Assembly: GCF_009914755.1 (NCBI RefSeq)
Contig: NC_060947.1
Direction: 5' to 3' (one strand)
Origin: the human T2T-CHM13v2.0 reference genome, Homo sapiens
Length of the DNA: 64,000 nt
Shown: piece by piece, positions 13,866 through 27,849 of the stretch
How the letters are laid out: every line of letters starts with the position of its first letter
Numbering within the stretch: the stretch's first letter is position 1
Translations under genes and position numbers: made by a program
Notes under the pieces: model-generated
The model's database searches: none
The model's input: only the letters and a program-made list of their open reading frames with translations
What the model was told of the DNA's origin: nothing

Positions 13866-14843
13866 ATATATTATTATATTTTTGACATACTTTACAAAAA
13901 TCAATAAAATAATTACGTTTAAACAAATAGAGAATCCGCTTCTGAACAAGACTAGGTTGGTAGGAAATGATATGTAACATCCAGGTCAAGCAATATTCTT
14001 CTCTTAATTTAATCCTTTAGCTAGAGTTGGGACTGTTTTATGTGTCATTATTTGGTAGATTGCATCCCTACCCTTTCAACCCGTCATACTTATTCACCCC
14101 AACCTTCTCAGCACACACAACTTGATTTTTCTAAAATGAATAATCTTGGTCCCAATCTGGGTTTGCATACACTTTTTTTTTCAGTTTTTATTATCTTGAT
14201 GTTTGTCATTGGATTTATTTATTCACTTATAGGAATAAATGTAATTTGAACCACTATATTATCTTCTTTATACGTTGACTCATATCAGACCACTGGCCTT
14301 GACATCAAACCAACTTGGCAGATAGCAAAAATAATATAACATGGACAAAGTTACGTCTTTCATAGTTTGCTTTAAACTAGAGTCTTGGCAACCAAATTGA
14401 AAATACTTGAATAGTTTCAGGGTATGAGATTAAAATACAGATTGCTCAAAATTGATATTATTGAAATAATACAAATATATCCCATAGCAATATTTGTAAA
14501 TATTCATGATGTGTCAAAATAAAAGCAGCTACCATTCCCATAGGGACAAATTTGTTACCAAAAAGGACAGTATTTCCCTTAGAAAATGGGAAAATGGAAC
14601 CACTAAATACAATTAAGCACACCTATTCTAGAAAGTTTATATTTGCTCCAGTGTATTATCACATTTTTAATGCTGATTAAGTACACAAATACTAAATACT
14701 GTATTGTTTAATTGTGGTTTCCCACCAAGAACTCTAAGTCAAAATGGTAATGGTTCCAGTATTCTAGGATCTCTGAAAAACCGGACAGCTAAGGGTACTC
14801 CCCTTTAGAAATGTTTAACTATCTCTTAAGACATTCATTTGAT

Positions 14844-15838
14844 TAATTAAAGAGCTTCTGCATGGCAAAAGAAACTACCATCAGAGTGAACAGGCAACCT
14901 ATAGAATGGGAGAAAATTTTTGCAATCTACCCATCTGACAAAGAGCTAATATCCAGAATCTACAAAGAACTGAAACAAATTTACAAGAAAAACACAAACA
15001 ACCCCATCAACAAGTGGGCAAAGGATATGAACAGACACTTCTCAAAAGAAGACAACTATGCAGCCAATAGAGACATGAAAAAATGCTCGTCATCACTGGT
15101 CATCAGAGAAATGCAAATCAAAACCACAATGAGATATCATCTCACACCAGTTAAAATGGCAATCATTAAAAAGCCAGGAAACAACAGGTGCTGGAGAGGA
15201 TGTGGAGAAATAGGAACACTTTTACACTGTTGGTGGGAGTGTAAATTAGTTCAACCATTGTGGAAGACAGTGTGGCAATTCCTCAAGGATCTAGAACTAG
15301 AAATACCATTTGACCCAGTCATCACATTACTACTTTATGTAATTATATAAATCATGCTACTATAAAGACACATGCACACGTATGTTTATTGCGGCACTAT
15401 TCACAATAGCAAAGACTTGGAACCAACCCAAATGTCCAACAATGATAGACTGGATTAAGAAAATGTGGCACATACACACCATGGAATACTATGCAGCCAT
15501 AAAAAAGGATGAGTTCATGTCCCTTGCAGGGACATGGATGAAGCTGGCAACCATCATTCTCGGCAAACTATCACAAGGACAGAAAACCAAACACCACATG
15601 TTCTCACTCATAGGTGGGAATTGAACAATGAGATCACTTGGACACAGAGCGGGGAACATCACACACTGGGGCCTGTTGGGGGGTGGAGGCCCGGGGGAGG
15701 GATAGCATTAGGAGATATACCTAATGTAAATGATGAGTTGATGGGTGCAGCAAACCAACATGACACATGTATACCTATGTAACAAACCTGCACGTTGTGC
15801 ACATGTACCCTAGAACTTAAAGTATAATAATAAAAAAA
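14844..15838 (+). mobile_element. 5'-truncated L1PA (PA6/7-like), ORF2 C-terminus + 3'UTR
   Basis: ORF2 peptides 14862-15624, 3'UTR G-tract, A-tail; degenerate TSD aagacattcatttgat / aagatgttcattttat. Confidence 0.95.
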
Positions 15839-16542
15839 GATGTTCATTTTATCATATGAATTTTCTCTTTAAATTGAATCTTTAAAACCCATAATAATCA
15901 ACAAATCTAAAAATATTTCAAATAATATTTAGAAATTTATGGTAGCAAAATGTATTTATTCTTATTTATAAATGTACCATGAGTCATGTTTTAAAAGTCC
16001 ACAAGAAATTTAAATATTTGACATTGAAATATTTCTTTATAATGTAACCCCTGTACATCATATAGTAAATTAGCTTCCAGATTGGTAATACTAATATTTT
16101 CACTTCTAAACCAATTTTAATTTATATTACAGATGTTTCTCCAAAGTACCACATATTCAACCACTGCCAAGACCCTCATACACTGTAACAAACAGAATCA
16201 TTTTAATAATATTAGATAGCACACTCTACAAATCATGAGTTAGACTAATTCCATGGGGATATAGAGGCTGTAAATTAGAATATTTGCTTTGCATACCACA
16301 CAATACATTATTATACTATACATTATCGTACTGGATTAACTTTTAGTGAAAAACAAACAATGGTGCTTTACAAGCAAATTAATCAATGAAATACATGTTT
16401 TAACTGAGAACAGCCTTGTCTCTTCTGAAAAAGTGTTGGAAACAGATTCAAGTAAGTAAGCATAATATTTTAACGAAAGATTCAAAAGCCATGCCATGTG
16501 CAGAACTAACTGCAAAACCTTAGTCAAATCACTGCATTCTTC

Positions 16543-16700
16543 CTTCATTCACCCATTCATAAGCCACTGATTATATACTGTGCCAGGAACTGTGCTAGTT
16601 TCTGGGAACACAAGAATGAGTGAGACAGAATTCCTTACCTTGCAGAGTTCACTGTCAAGTGGGAAAGCAGATCAGTTAAATAAAATATTTACAATATAGA
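16543..16700 (-). mobile_element. L2 3' end
   Basis: ttcattcacccattcat...tactgtgccaggaactgtgctag. Confidence 0.75.
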
Positions 16701-17083
16701 TATCACTCAATATTTGAAGTCCTACCCTCTAAATATTTGGTATAGTTAATTGCAAAAAAAATTGTTTACTCAAAATTCACTATGTGAATTGTAAATTTAC
16801 TATAAGGACCTCAAAGGCACTCCAACTAAAATGATTACCTTGCACCAGCGTCCTTTCCAGAAGCTGTAAAATATACAACAGTATCTCCAATGTTCTCCTG
16901 ATAGGATTGTATCTGTGTTCCAGTTGTTTTAACCTGTTGTACATTATCAGTATCACTTTTCCCACCCTTTCTTGGAGATTTTAACAATTTGGAAAATGCA
17001 AGCAGTGGCACCGACATTCTTCATTTATATCACAGCACTTGTTTTTTTACATTGTAGAAAGAAACATAATTGGAAAAACCTGC

Positions 17084-17438
17084 TGTATTAGTCTGTTCTC
17101 ACCCTGCTAATAAAGACATACCTGGGACTGGGTAATTTATAAAGGAAAGAAGTTTAATTGACTCACAGTTCCACATGGCTGGGGAGGCCTCACAATCATG
17201 GCAGAAGGTGAAAGAGGAACAAAGTCACGTCTCACCCGGCATCACGCAAGAGAGCTTGTGTAGGGGAACTCCTATTTATAAAATCATCAGATCTCGTGAG
17301 ACTTACTCACTACCACGAGAACAGTATGGGGAAACTGCCCTCATGATTCAATAATCTCCACCTGCCCCTGCCCTTGACACGTGGGGATTATTACAATCCA
17401 AGGTGAGCTTTGGATGCAGACACAGCCAAACCATATCA
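17084..17438 (-). mobile_element. THE1 (THE1B/C-like) solo LTR
   Basis: tgtattagtctgttctc...ccaaaccatatca; perfect 5-bp TSD CCTGC. Confidence 0.95.
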
Positions 17439-17759
17439 CCTGCTATTCAATATCATGGGCTATTGCCCCAAAACACACCTGAGTTAATCTAGTATTGAAT
17501 TATTATGTGTTATGCTTCTGGTGTTTTAACTGCTTTATGTTATGCAGACATCTTGGTAGATTGTAATTTAGGCATTTAAACAGGTTTTTATGATATCTGG
17601 GGAAACTAGAATTTTGGATAGTAGCTAGAAGTGCATTATTATCTTTCCTACTGAAAATAATGAAATATAGACTTCTATTATTTGTGAACTTAGACACTTA
17701 CAATATATTTTGATAAAAAATTAGAATCAGATTGAGAGGCCTGAATTTGAGCCTCTATC

Positions 17760-18050
17760 TGTGATATTAATACTACCAGTCTTATTCTTTTATTGTTTGC
17801 ATTTGCCTAGTATCTCTTTACTTATTTCTTTATTTGTCACTTTATTTTTGGAGAGTGTCTTATAAAAAGTACCTTTTACACAAACTGAGGATCTTTCTTC
17901 TTTTGCTATGGCAATTTAGTACATCAGCATCCAAGTTAACAGGTAAGATATTTCTTATACATTAATTTTATTTTTAGAATTTCTTATATTTCGCAGATTC
18001 TTTTTCCTTCTCTTTCAGATTCTTTACTTTGGCTGGATTGACAAAAGTTC
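17760..18050 (-). mobile_element. Ancient L1M fragment
   Basis: tgatattaatactaccagtc...gtttgcatttgcctagtatc similar to reverse of old L1 ORF2 5' region. Confidence 0.4.
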
Positions 18051-18684
18051 CTTTCAATGCAGTCCCCCACACACCAACTGCTGCAATCATTTGGAATTTC
18101 AGGGACTCTTACATGTTCACCTTTCAACTCTGAGGGCATCTATGCCTGCTTATTGAATGCTTGTAAACCCTGATGTGTAAGAGAAGTTGGCTGATGTCCA
18201 AATTGCTGGATCTTTAACTGTCCATGTAGTTAAAAAGAACAATGTCCCAAATGTACACATTCTTCCTGAAGACTCACAATCACAGCTGTATCTGAGCTCA
18301 TCTGCCAGCCCCAACAATCAGGGTTATTTTAGTGGTTAGTTGTCTAAAATGTAGTAAGCAATGAGATGGGAGGAAGAGAGTACCAGAAACATATACTCAG
18401 GCTACAATTTTCTTTATTAGTTTTAGTTTGTATTGGATTGTCATGTTCTTAGCCCTCTGGCACTAAAGTTGTACATTTCAACTTTCTCAGGTCTCAGTAT
18501 CACAGAAAACAAATAGCAAATTCTTCTCAATTCTAAGTGCTGTAAGGAGACAGAATGTTGAGTTAAATTTTTATTAGTTTTTGCTATTTCAAAATAAAAC
18601 AAGAATAATACAGTCACTCCTATTGAGAATACATTTCTATTCAGAATGCCAAAATAATTTTAAGTCCTTATATTTATTCTTTAT

Positions 18685-18838
18685 AGCAACATTTATATGC
18701 ATTCATTATTCCAAGTATATTCCCATAGTAACTCTGTGAGAAAAGAAATAGTCATTAAGTCTACCTTACAGGTAAAGAAACTGAGGCTGAGTGATTTTAA
18801 ATGACTTGTCCAGCTCATATAACCAGAAAAAGGCAGGC
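18685..18838 (-). mobile_element. MIR SINE
   Basis: ttacaggtaaagaaactgaggctgag...aaatgacttgtcc. Confidence 0.7.
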
Positions 18839-19534
18839 ACTGTTTAGGTATTATCATGCTAAATTTATAATCTTTTCCCTATATACATTGTATCCTAATA
18901 CATAAAGCCACTCACATCAGATACAACTTGATCACTTTTCCCTCCGCATTTTTGGGGATCTAGAAAGAAAAATAGAATAAAGATACAGAAAAAAAAAAGC
19001 CTAATACCTGATTGGGACCACTAAAGAGCAATCAAACTTGCAGTCTCCCTCAAATATGAGTGCTTCAAATAAGTCTTTTGACGTAACTTTCTGCAGGACA
19101 CACATAACTTTCATACTATGAAACTAACACCCCTGTGTATTCTACTTCACTCATTTCCCAGTCATTTGTTTTAGTCATGTAGACACAGTCTGAATGTCAA
19201 GCGATTATTTAAAATGCTCCAAACCCCTGAAGGCTTCCTAGACCCTTTGTTTTCAGTTGATAAAAGTGTTTCTGAACAATCTGTTGCCCCCAAGCTTATT
19301 ACACGTAGAGAAAGAGCAAAGATAGGTTCACTGAAGTGAAAAACCTAATAAAGTAGAGGATTTCAGAGCAAAAGAAAACTTCCAGAGAGGGTGTCATAGT
19401 CAAAATTGAGCATAGGTAGGCTGGGAGAAATGACCAGTTGACAGGCATTTGCTATGGTAACTCTTATTGTATATTTTTAGGTCAGGCCCAAGTCAGCTAC
19501 CGCCGCCATTTACCCACAAGGTAGAACTAATGCC

Positions 19535-19700
19535 TCACATTTATATGGTAATAAGACTCTTCACAGCAATCCCCATGTCGTAACTAATTTGATACTCACA
19601 GCAACCCTATGAGGTAGGCTAAGTAATAATTATGCTAATTTTGAAAGGGCACAAAGAGGTAAAGTGATTCTTTCTAAAGTTACATAGTTACTTAATGCCA
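19535..19700 (-). mobile_element. MIR SINE
   Basis: ctcacagcaaccctatgaggtagg...ggcacaaagaggtaaagtga. Confidence 0.7.
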
Positions 19701-19768
19701 AAATTAAATGTCCAATGATTTTCCCACTATGCCACATTCTGTGATTATGAAAACTTTTTATTCAAGTA

Positions 19769-20108
19769 CAGTTGTCACTTGATATCTGTTGGGGATTTGT
19801 TCCTGGAACCCTCTGGGATACCAAAATTTATGAATGCTCAAGTCCCTGATATAAAATGTCATACTATTTGCATAAAATCTAACCACATCTTCCTGTATAC
19901 TTCAAATCATCTCTAGACTACTTATAATACCTAATACAAGTCCTACACATCTCTTCATTCATGTGGATTCAGCGTAGTACTCATCACATGGCAAATTCAA
20001 GTCTTGCTTTTTGGAACTTTGTGGATTTTTTTTTTTTTACTGAATATTTTTGATCCATGCTTGGTTGAATACATGGATGTGAAACCCACAGATATGGAGG
20101 GCTGTCTG
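19769..20108. mobile_element. MER2/MER2B TcMar-Tigger MITE
   Basis: TA TSDs at 19767-68 and 20109-10; cagttgtcacttgatatctg / cagatatggagggctgtctg TIRs; caagtccctgatataaaatg core. Confidence 0.88.
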
Positions 20109-20399
20109 TACAACCTTTTAATGTACAGTAAAGTTTTCAATATGTATGAAAATAACTAACATGAAATTTATATTGGTTTGTAGCTATTTTTGTTGCTGGA
20201 GGAGGTGGTGTCTGAAATATTCTTTTAGAATATTTGACCCTCTCAAATATACCTCATTTCTATAATAATCTCAATAAGTTGAATATAAAACTTTGAATCC
20301 TACAAATAGAGAATACAAATAACCATAAAACATTTAAATAAATGCTTTTGTTCACAAAGTTGTTAATAATAATGGTAATAATAATAAATAAAAATAATA

Positions 20400-20830
20400 A
20401 ATTACTTCAATTATTCTAAGCTATTAGAGATTATATTAGCTCATTCTCCTAAACTACAATTTAATAAATTTAAAAGTCAACAATAAGAAGACATACCGTC
20501 AGACCTAAACACATAAAAACATTTTGTTAAATAAGCACTAAATCAAAGTAAAAATAAAACATAAATGATTAATTATTTACAAAATGATAAAAATAGAGAT
20601 GGCATATAGAGTCAGCTGAAGTAAGAGAGAAATATTTAGTATTACTACTTTATTGCTTAAATAAAGACTAAACACAATTAGCTAAACATTAAACTTCAAA
20701 AACTAGTGAAAGAATAACAAAATAAGCCAAACGAAAGTAGAAGGAAAAAAAACTAAAAATATAAACTTGGAAATCAAATATAAAACACAATTAAATAGTG
20801 AAAAACTGTGTAAGTAATGCCAAACTATAC
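20400..20830 (+). mobile_element. Ancient L1M ORF2 fragment
   Basis: A-rich, aaactagtgaaagaataacaaaataagccaaacgaaagtagaagg. Confidence 0.5.
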
Positions 20831-21321
20831 TCATATGAAGAGTGAATATGATGACAGGAGGAAATGACCACTGAATAAAAATATTTTCCAGTTCAAAGTA
20901 ACCAAAATTTATAATGGATAGAGTATTTTCAAGCTGTGAAATTTATAAATTCTTTAAGTCAGAGTACATGTACCATTTCACTTAAAACATATTTTCTTTC
21001 ATTGCTATCACTAGTCAATCTGATATCCTGACCCCAGGTAGTCATTTTCCTCTTTAGGTACAGTCAAACTGGGACACAATTTTCATTTCAGAAACACAAA
21101 TTCAATTTCTGACAGAGCACACTATTGCAAATAGCAGCCCTCATATTACCTCAATAGCTTAAGTTTCAATGAAATAAGTTTGTTTCAGCAGCTGTTAAAC
21201 TTTGACCTACTGCATCCTTCATTTTGACCTCTGCTAAGAAAAAAAAAACTGGACGAAATTAATAAGCTGAAACCTCTAAGACATGTGACACTGATAAGGT
21301 AAACTATAGAAATAAGACTAT

Positions 21322-21653
21322 GGCTGGGCATGGTAGCTCACTCTTGTAATCCCAGCACTTTGGGAGGCTGAGGCAGGAGGATCCCTTGAGCCTAGATCAA
21401 TCTGGGCACCATGGTGAGACCCTGTTTAAAAAAAAAAATTAATTAGCTGAGCATGGTGGTGACTACCTGTAGTCTCAGCTACTCAGGAGACTGAGAAAGG
21501 AGAATTGCTTCAGCCCAGGAGTTAGAAGTTATAGTGAGCTATGATCACACCACTGCACTCCAGCCTGGGATACAGAGTGAGATCCTGTCTCAAAAAAAAA
21601 AAAAAAAAGAGAGAGAGAGAAGAAGAAGAAGTGAAAAAAAAAGAAAAAAAAAA
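21322..21653 (+). mobile_element. AluJ with A/GA-rich tail
   Basis: Dimeric Alu, J diagnostics, short internal deletion; TSD aagactat / aagattat. Confidence 0.93.
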
Positions 21654-21989
21654 GATTATGTAAAAATAATTTTTAAATGCCTCATTTAGGTTTTACTCTT
21701 TCTGACTTCTTTCATGAGGAGTGCGAGGTGGGATTCTCACTAAGAATGCAAATGGGTTCAATGCACAGGACATTTATTTCATTCTCAACAAATATTAATT
21801 CTCCATTCCCACCTAGAGGATCAAACAAATGGGAATACACTTCTTCATAATGCTATAAAACATCATTTTCCTAGAACTTGATATTCAGTTGATAATACTA
21901 ATTGGCGATTATTTCATATTTTAATCTCTATATTTGAACCTCTAACACCTCCTCCACCATCTTCAAAGCTTCCCATGAAGAAGAATTTT

Positions 21990-22150
21990 AGTTGATAGAA
22001 CCTGCTTCATGAGAGAAATGGGAGGAGAAGAAAGGAGGGCAGAAGTTCAGGGGGAACTTCTTGCTTCTAGGAACTTTCAATCTCCTTCAGTTCAATGTAT
22101 TCAGCATGTCAAAGTACCATAATTTTGGGTATTGTGTTCTGAGGCCAACA
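21990..22150 (-). mobile_element. MER4-group ERV LTR fragment (5' end)
   Basis: ccttcagttcaa...cagcatgtcaaagtaccataattttgggtattgtgttctgaggccaaca is a diverged reverse complement of the LTR start at 23988. Confidence 0.65.
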
Positions 22151-23766
22151 TTAGAGAGGTTTAAATTCTTTAAAGAAGTTTGCTGCCTTTTAACCACAGA
22201 CTCTGCCTTCTTGTTGAAACTGCTAATAAATCTACTTAAGAAAAATAATGTAATAGAGTTTTTCCTATATCTTTATGTTGCTTTCAATCCTTCCTCCAAT
22301 TTCCAACTTCTGAGAGGAACATGCTAGCAACAGCATTCACATCCCATGATGCAAGCAATTTTATTCTCAGCCGTAGGTGTTTCCCACCCCTAACTCTGGT
22401 CATACATGCTTAATAACTTGGTTATCTCAAAGTTTTCAGGAAAAGCAATTCCTACCACAACTCATAAAACATAGGGGACCACTGCCTTTTAATATTAGGT
22501 ATGACTTCCTTGAAGTAAAACAGTTTCATACTCCAAAACTGATCAATCTTAGCACAGAGAAAACATGAAATGAGCCAGAAGCCTTGAGTTCTTATCTTCC
22601 CCTTCAGTATTTTGAATTATGTATTTTTCTCTCCATAAGTATCCTCCATCCACTCCCATTATGTGGGTATTTTCTCTACATTCTTTCCCATTTTAACCCG
22701 ATGCCAGGTTACTTAGCTTGATGACAGGAGTGGGCCTTGCCATCCTCTTGACTTGGAGAAGTTAAAGGGGAGTGAAAAATCTTATTTGCTAAAAATATAA
22801 GTCGGAATGCTTAGAGATCAATTCACAGTAGTTAAGTGTACCAAAGAAGTATCTTTCTCCTCCAGGGGGAGAAAGAACTATAGAATTAATCTCCATTGTT
22901 AATTGTGTAAGTCTTCCCACTGCTTCCACTTTAAAAGAAAAATATTGAGTCAAAAGAATGAGATATCATCTGCTCAAACTAGTGGGTTACTTGTCTTACC
23001 TAATCTGAGTTTTTATGAACATAAATATGGAAAAGATAGTTATTGAATGTATTTTTAACAGTGCCACCCAAATGTTGGGTATTCATATAATTCTAACATT
23101 GTGCCTATTGGTCCAACTGTTCAGTGGACCCTTGCCCACTGCAAAAAGACATGAGAATAAATTTGCCCTTCTGATGAATCTAACCAATTACTACTATTCT
23201 TCTCTCTGGCTTGATACTACAAGAGCCCTGGAGAGATATATGATTATTGTTACAAACCTAATGCTTTCCATTTTCTGAATTGAAGCAAAACCCATTGAAT
23301 TTGCAGAGAATGTCCCCAAAGCAAAAAAGTAACAGCTGGGCCCTCTTTGGTAATGGGCCTGCAGCACTGAAAACAAAATCCAGCATTTAAATGGCATAAA
23401 TGAGTGACTAATAGGGCTTGATGTCTCACAGAGTACAGGAGTCATCCATCAGTAGTGATTTCTTTTTTATCATGATGAGAGTAGTATGTGAGAGGAATTC
23501 TAGGGCTCTGCTTCAGAAAATGTGCCTCTTGTGTTCATTCATATCTCTTCAAGAATCAAAGAAATAAGAATAAGAAATGAGTCAAACATCCATATTATCT
23601 ACCAGAAAGAATGCCTATAATCACATTATTTAAAATGACTTTAAGGCATTTAGGCATTATTTTTAGGCGTGGGTAACCACAACTGCTGTTGCATACAAAT
23701 TTTTTCCCAGTTCTTGGCAAAAAAAAAAAAAGCATTTTTTTTCAAACTAATATCTTTTAAATAGTT

Positions 23767-23965
23767 ATTAAGTTCTCAAACTTGAACATACATCGGAACT
23801 ACCTGGAGGGATTATTAAAACACAAATTGCTGGGCCTAAGACTGAAAGTTTCTGATTTGATGGGTCTAAAGTGGGAAGCAAGAATTTGCATTTCTAACAA
23901 GTTCTCAAGTAATACTGCTACTACTGGACCAAAGCCTTTCAAGGACCACACTTGGAAAACCACTG
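23767..23965. mobile_element. MER5A DNA transposon
   Basis: gttctcaaactt...agaatttgcatttctaacaagttctc...ggaccacacttggaaaaccactg. Confidence 0.85.
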
Positions 23966-23987
23966 GATTAAAAGACGTCATTGATAT

Positions 23988-24657
23988 TGCTGGGGTCCAG
24001 AAAACAATCCCTTAAAGTATCGTGCTTTGGCATGCTGAGTGCTTTGAACTAAAGGAGATTGGAAGGCCTCAGAAACAGCCTCAGAAACAAAATATCTCTC
24101 TGACCTTCTCTCGCCCTTCCATTTCTTCCTTTTTTTTTTTTTTGCCCCCCTGAAGCAAGTCATAGTAACCAGAATTCCTCCTTCCCAAGGCAGAGCATGG
24201 AAACTGCAACACCTTGTCCCCGAAAGCAAGCCAGAAAACCTAGAAAAGTGATTCTATTCTTTTTTTCTTGAAGGCTTTCATTCTAGAGAGGTCCTGCCAC
24301 ATATCTCGGAGGAAGAAATGCTACACAGAGAAACCAAGAAGAATGTGAACAGACAGGTCTTGCTGAATCTGCCTCCCCCTCAGTCTATTACCCTTAGAGC
24401 ATACCCCCTTGTCCAGTCACATTTCTACATGGCTATCTGTACTTCATTAAATTATCAAATCAGAAACTTTAGCATAAAAAGTTTTCCCTGGGTTTTGTGG
24501 TTTTCATTTCTGAAGTCTCTCGTGTCACATAAAACTTGAATTAAATAAATTTGTATGCTTTGTTAATCTGCCTTTTAATATAGGCGTGTCAGCTGTGCCA
24601 CTTATGGCACCCACTTATGGTGGGTGAAGAAAGGGATCACACCTTTCGTCCCCTACA
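23988..24657 (+). mobile_element. ERV1 MER4-group solo LTR (MER31/MER39-like)
   Basis: TG...CA termini, 4-bp TSD ATAT, aataaa near 24544. Confidence 0.85.
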
Positions 24658-24759
24658 ATATTAATGGGAATAATAATAACAACTTGTAATGATCTCACAC
24701 AGCACCATACTCAAAATAACTCATAGCAAAATATGTCTTCTCGTGTGTCACCCTGAATA

Positions 24760-24916
24760 CAGACCGTCCCTGACTTACATGGCCAGCTTTTAATTTTTTG
24801 ACTTTACAATGGTACAGACTTTACAATGGTACAGAAGTGATATGCATTCAGTAAGCTCCCTGATTCACAATGGGCTTTTTGGGATGAAACTCCCATCATA
24901 AATTGAGAAACACGGG
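24760..24916. mobile_element. MER47/Tigger5-derived MITE
   Basis: TA-flanked cagaccgtccctgacttac...gactttacaatggt...cccatcataaattgag; internal 17-bp tandem duplication. Confidence 0.6.
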
Positions 24917-27007
24917 TATGTTTTTCTGGTGGAAAAAGGAAGAACTCACTATTCCCACTTTAGACATGAGAAAATTGAAGCCTCGCTCATGTAATTATTT
25001 GTGGGGAAATTCTAGAATATGATAGTGTCTGCTGTCTAAGTTCTGCGCCCCCCACCCCCTACCGTAAAAACATGGAAGTCTTGAAGTTAGTAAGAAAACA
25101 CTTCATTAAGGGGGACTATTGTAATAGAGGCAGAGGGACTTTTGCAGTAGGGAAACACTCAAAGACCAAGCTGAGCCAAGCATATAAGCAGAAATTGCTG
25201 GACAGATAGCTGGGAAAAGGAGAAGGGGGAGCAAGGTGAGGTTCAAAATGACTAGGAGGGTATTGAAGCTTAAACTACATCAAATATTTCAATAACAGGA
25301 AGTTTGAGGCAGGAGATATTTGCACACGGGGTGGAGGTCTGGGCCAGAGATGGAGCAAACAAGTAGCAGTATGGGAGATTCATAAGTTCAGGGCCTAGAC
25401 GTCCTGATCAAAACAGCCTAAACTTACATCCAGCATGAAGTTTGATCAACCTTGTCACTCTGTAGCTGACTGGGCTATCTGTGGAAGTAGAAGTCGCAAT
25501 CTTCTATTTTATAATAAGAATTACTGTTGTCTCTACTTAAGGGTAAGAACTTTATTGAATCATGGAACTTGGAGAAACCAATCTTGTACTTGGCATTCTT
25601 TTTATTTTGTCTCCTGTTGTGTAAACATAGTTTTGAGGAGAAAATAATATATCTATTGGCTATCAGCAAGTCAAGTTCCCACCTGGATTTTTCTTTAAGA
25701 ACAATTTAACAAAAAACAAGAGGAGAAGTAGTAGAATAAAATAGTTTTGGTCAAACCATATATTTGAGAAACTTTTCCTATAGACCTAGATTTAACTAAT
25801 TGATGATCAACAGTCACTTATGATAAAAGCTTTCAGGAAAAGCAACTCCTACATATTTGCATATAACCCTTTACAAATGTGATTCTATGGGTATTTACAT
25901 GAAGTTTTGCAATCTAGAGAAGTCTCAAGTTGGAAACAATTCGAATGGTAGCTTTAAAAGTACAGCAAAATTCTCTAAAACTACTGAAAAATGTAAACAT
26001 TCATGACCTCTAAAGGCCCCAAATCCTGATGATTATTTCAGCTTGGCAGTTTTCCCAACGGGTTTTACTATGGTCATCAGCATCTATCATGTCAGCAATC
26101 TAAATGAGCATGCGAGCAATGTTGCAGTCTGGTTCATATACTATCTATACACAGTCTGAATACAGACAATACAGACACACAGCATCTGCCACATTTGTTC
26201 CTCAGCCCCTTTGTGATGTTGTCAAAAAGGATAAAAAAAAAAAAAAAAACACGGAGAAATTGGAAAGAGCCAGTACATTCTCTTAAGGTAATCATTTGAT
26301 GCATTTTTGATACCTCAAGCTGTTTTCTTGTGCTTAATTATAATTTACTCATTAATCGTGTATGGCATATCATTTTCTAGAACTCTGTATACAAAGAAAT
26401 AAATACTAGAATAAAAAAATTGTGTTCTCAGATGAGTTAGTTCCTGGTTCTAAAAAAGTTAAGGCCATAAGTTGGATGTTCCTGTGGCTCAATTAAATAT
26501 TCTTTGATTGCCATAATCATGAGCAAACATACTGAATGTTTACTCCTGTAAATCGTTGGACTAGACATACAGAACAGAGTGTCTTATAAGGCACACAGAT
26601 ATAACACAAATTATATATATAACAATAAAAATGTTTTAAAACTGTGCAAATAATCTGATAAATATCTGTTCACATAATGAGTGCCAATTTAGCAGTACAG
26701 ACAATAAATGCTCCCAGAATTTCAAAGGTGAAAGGCATTATTGAATTGACCTAATGCTTCTGGGAAGAGGTTGGGCACATTTAAAGAACATTTGTAACTT
26801 AAATAAATTCATTTTAGATCAGAGGCATAACAGATCAGGTCAATAAAGGGAATAAAGACTACACTAGGCAGCTTTTGAACCAGTTTGATTCAAGGGGAGC
26901 ATTAACATAAAAATGCACGGAAGAAGAGCTGAAAATGCTAGCTTCTATAGCGCCAGGCTATTGTCTACACCCTGATCCTGGCCAACTTTTGGTCTTATTA
27001 GAGATTA

Positions 27008-27364
<357 letters not shown>

Positions 27365-27849
27365 CAGGAGACGAAAGTATGCCACCCAAAATATATTTTG
27401 TATATTTCTAGCTGTTTATTTTGAGAAACTGCAGACACAAGAGTAGCTCTGAAAAACTGTTCTTTTGTAAAAGAAATTTATATTTATTAAAGAAATCTGC
27501 ATTTGTAAATGTATCTGTATCAGAAAGAGGGCTGCTCCCATGGCAATTTTTTTTAACCTGAAAGATTTTTTAACTGCATAACAAGGCAAACTTTATCCAG
27601 CATACATTTTCTCCCTTCACCCTCCCATAACTTCTCTTCACCCCTACCACCACAATCCCCAATCCCCTATTCCTTTCCATTGCATAGGGGGCTATATAAG
27701 CTTCAATCATCCGGCCCTTCATTAGGTCTCCTATTTTTGCAAAACCCCTGTACATATGTACATAATTAAATGTTTTTTCTCCTATTAATCTGTCTTATGT
27801 CAATTTAATTTGGAGCCCAGCTAAATAACCTATGAGAGTGGAGGGAGGC

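Noticed and set aside
15060-15256. Neighbouring L1 as local donor of the 12846-13043 fragment
   Set aside because: Multiple differences, including apparent subfamily-type positions, argue against direct copying.
14862-15624. 162-aa and 80-aa ORFs as host genes
   Set aside because: L1 ORF2 C-terminal fragments of a truncated L1.
25060-25480. Possible old LTR (gggactattgtaatag motif)
   Set aside because: Termini and family could not be established by eye.
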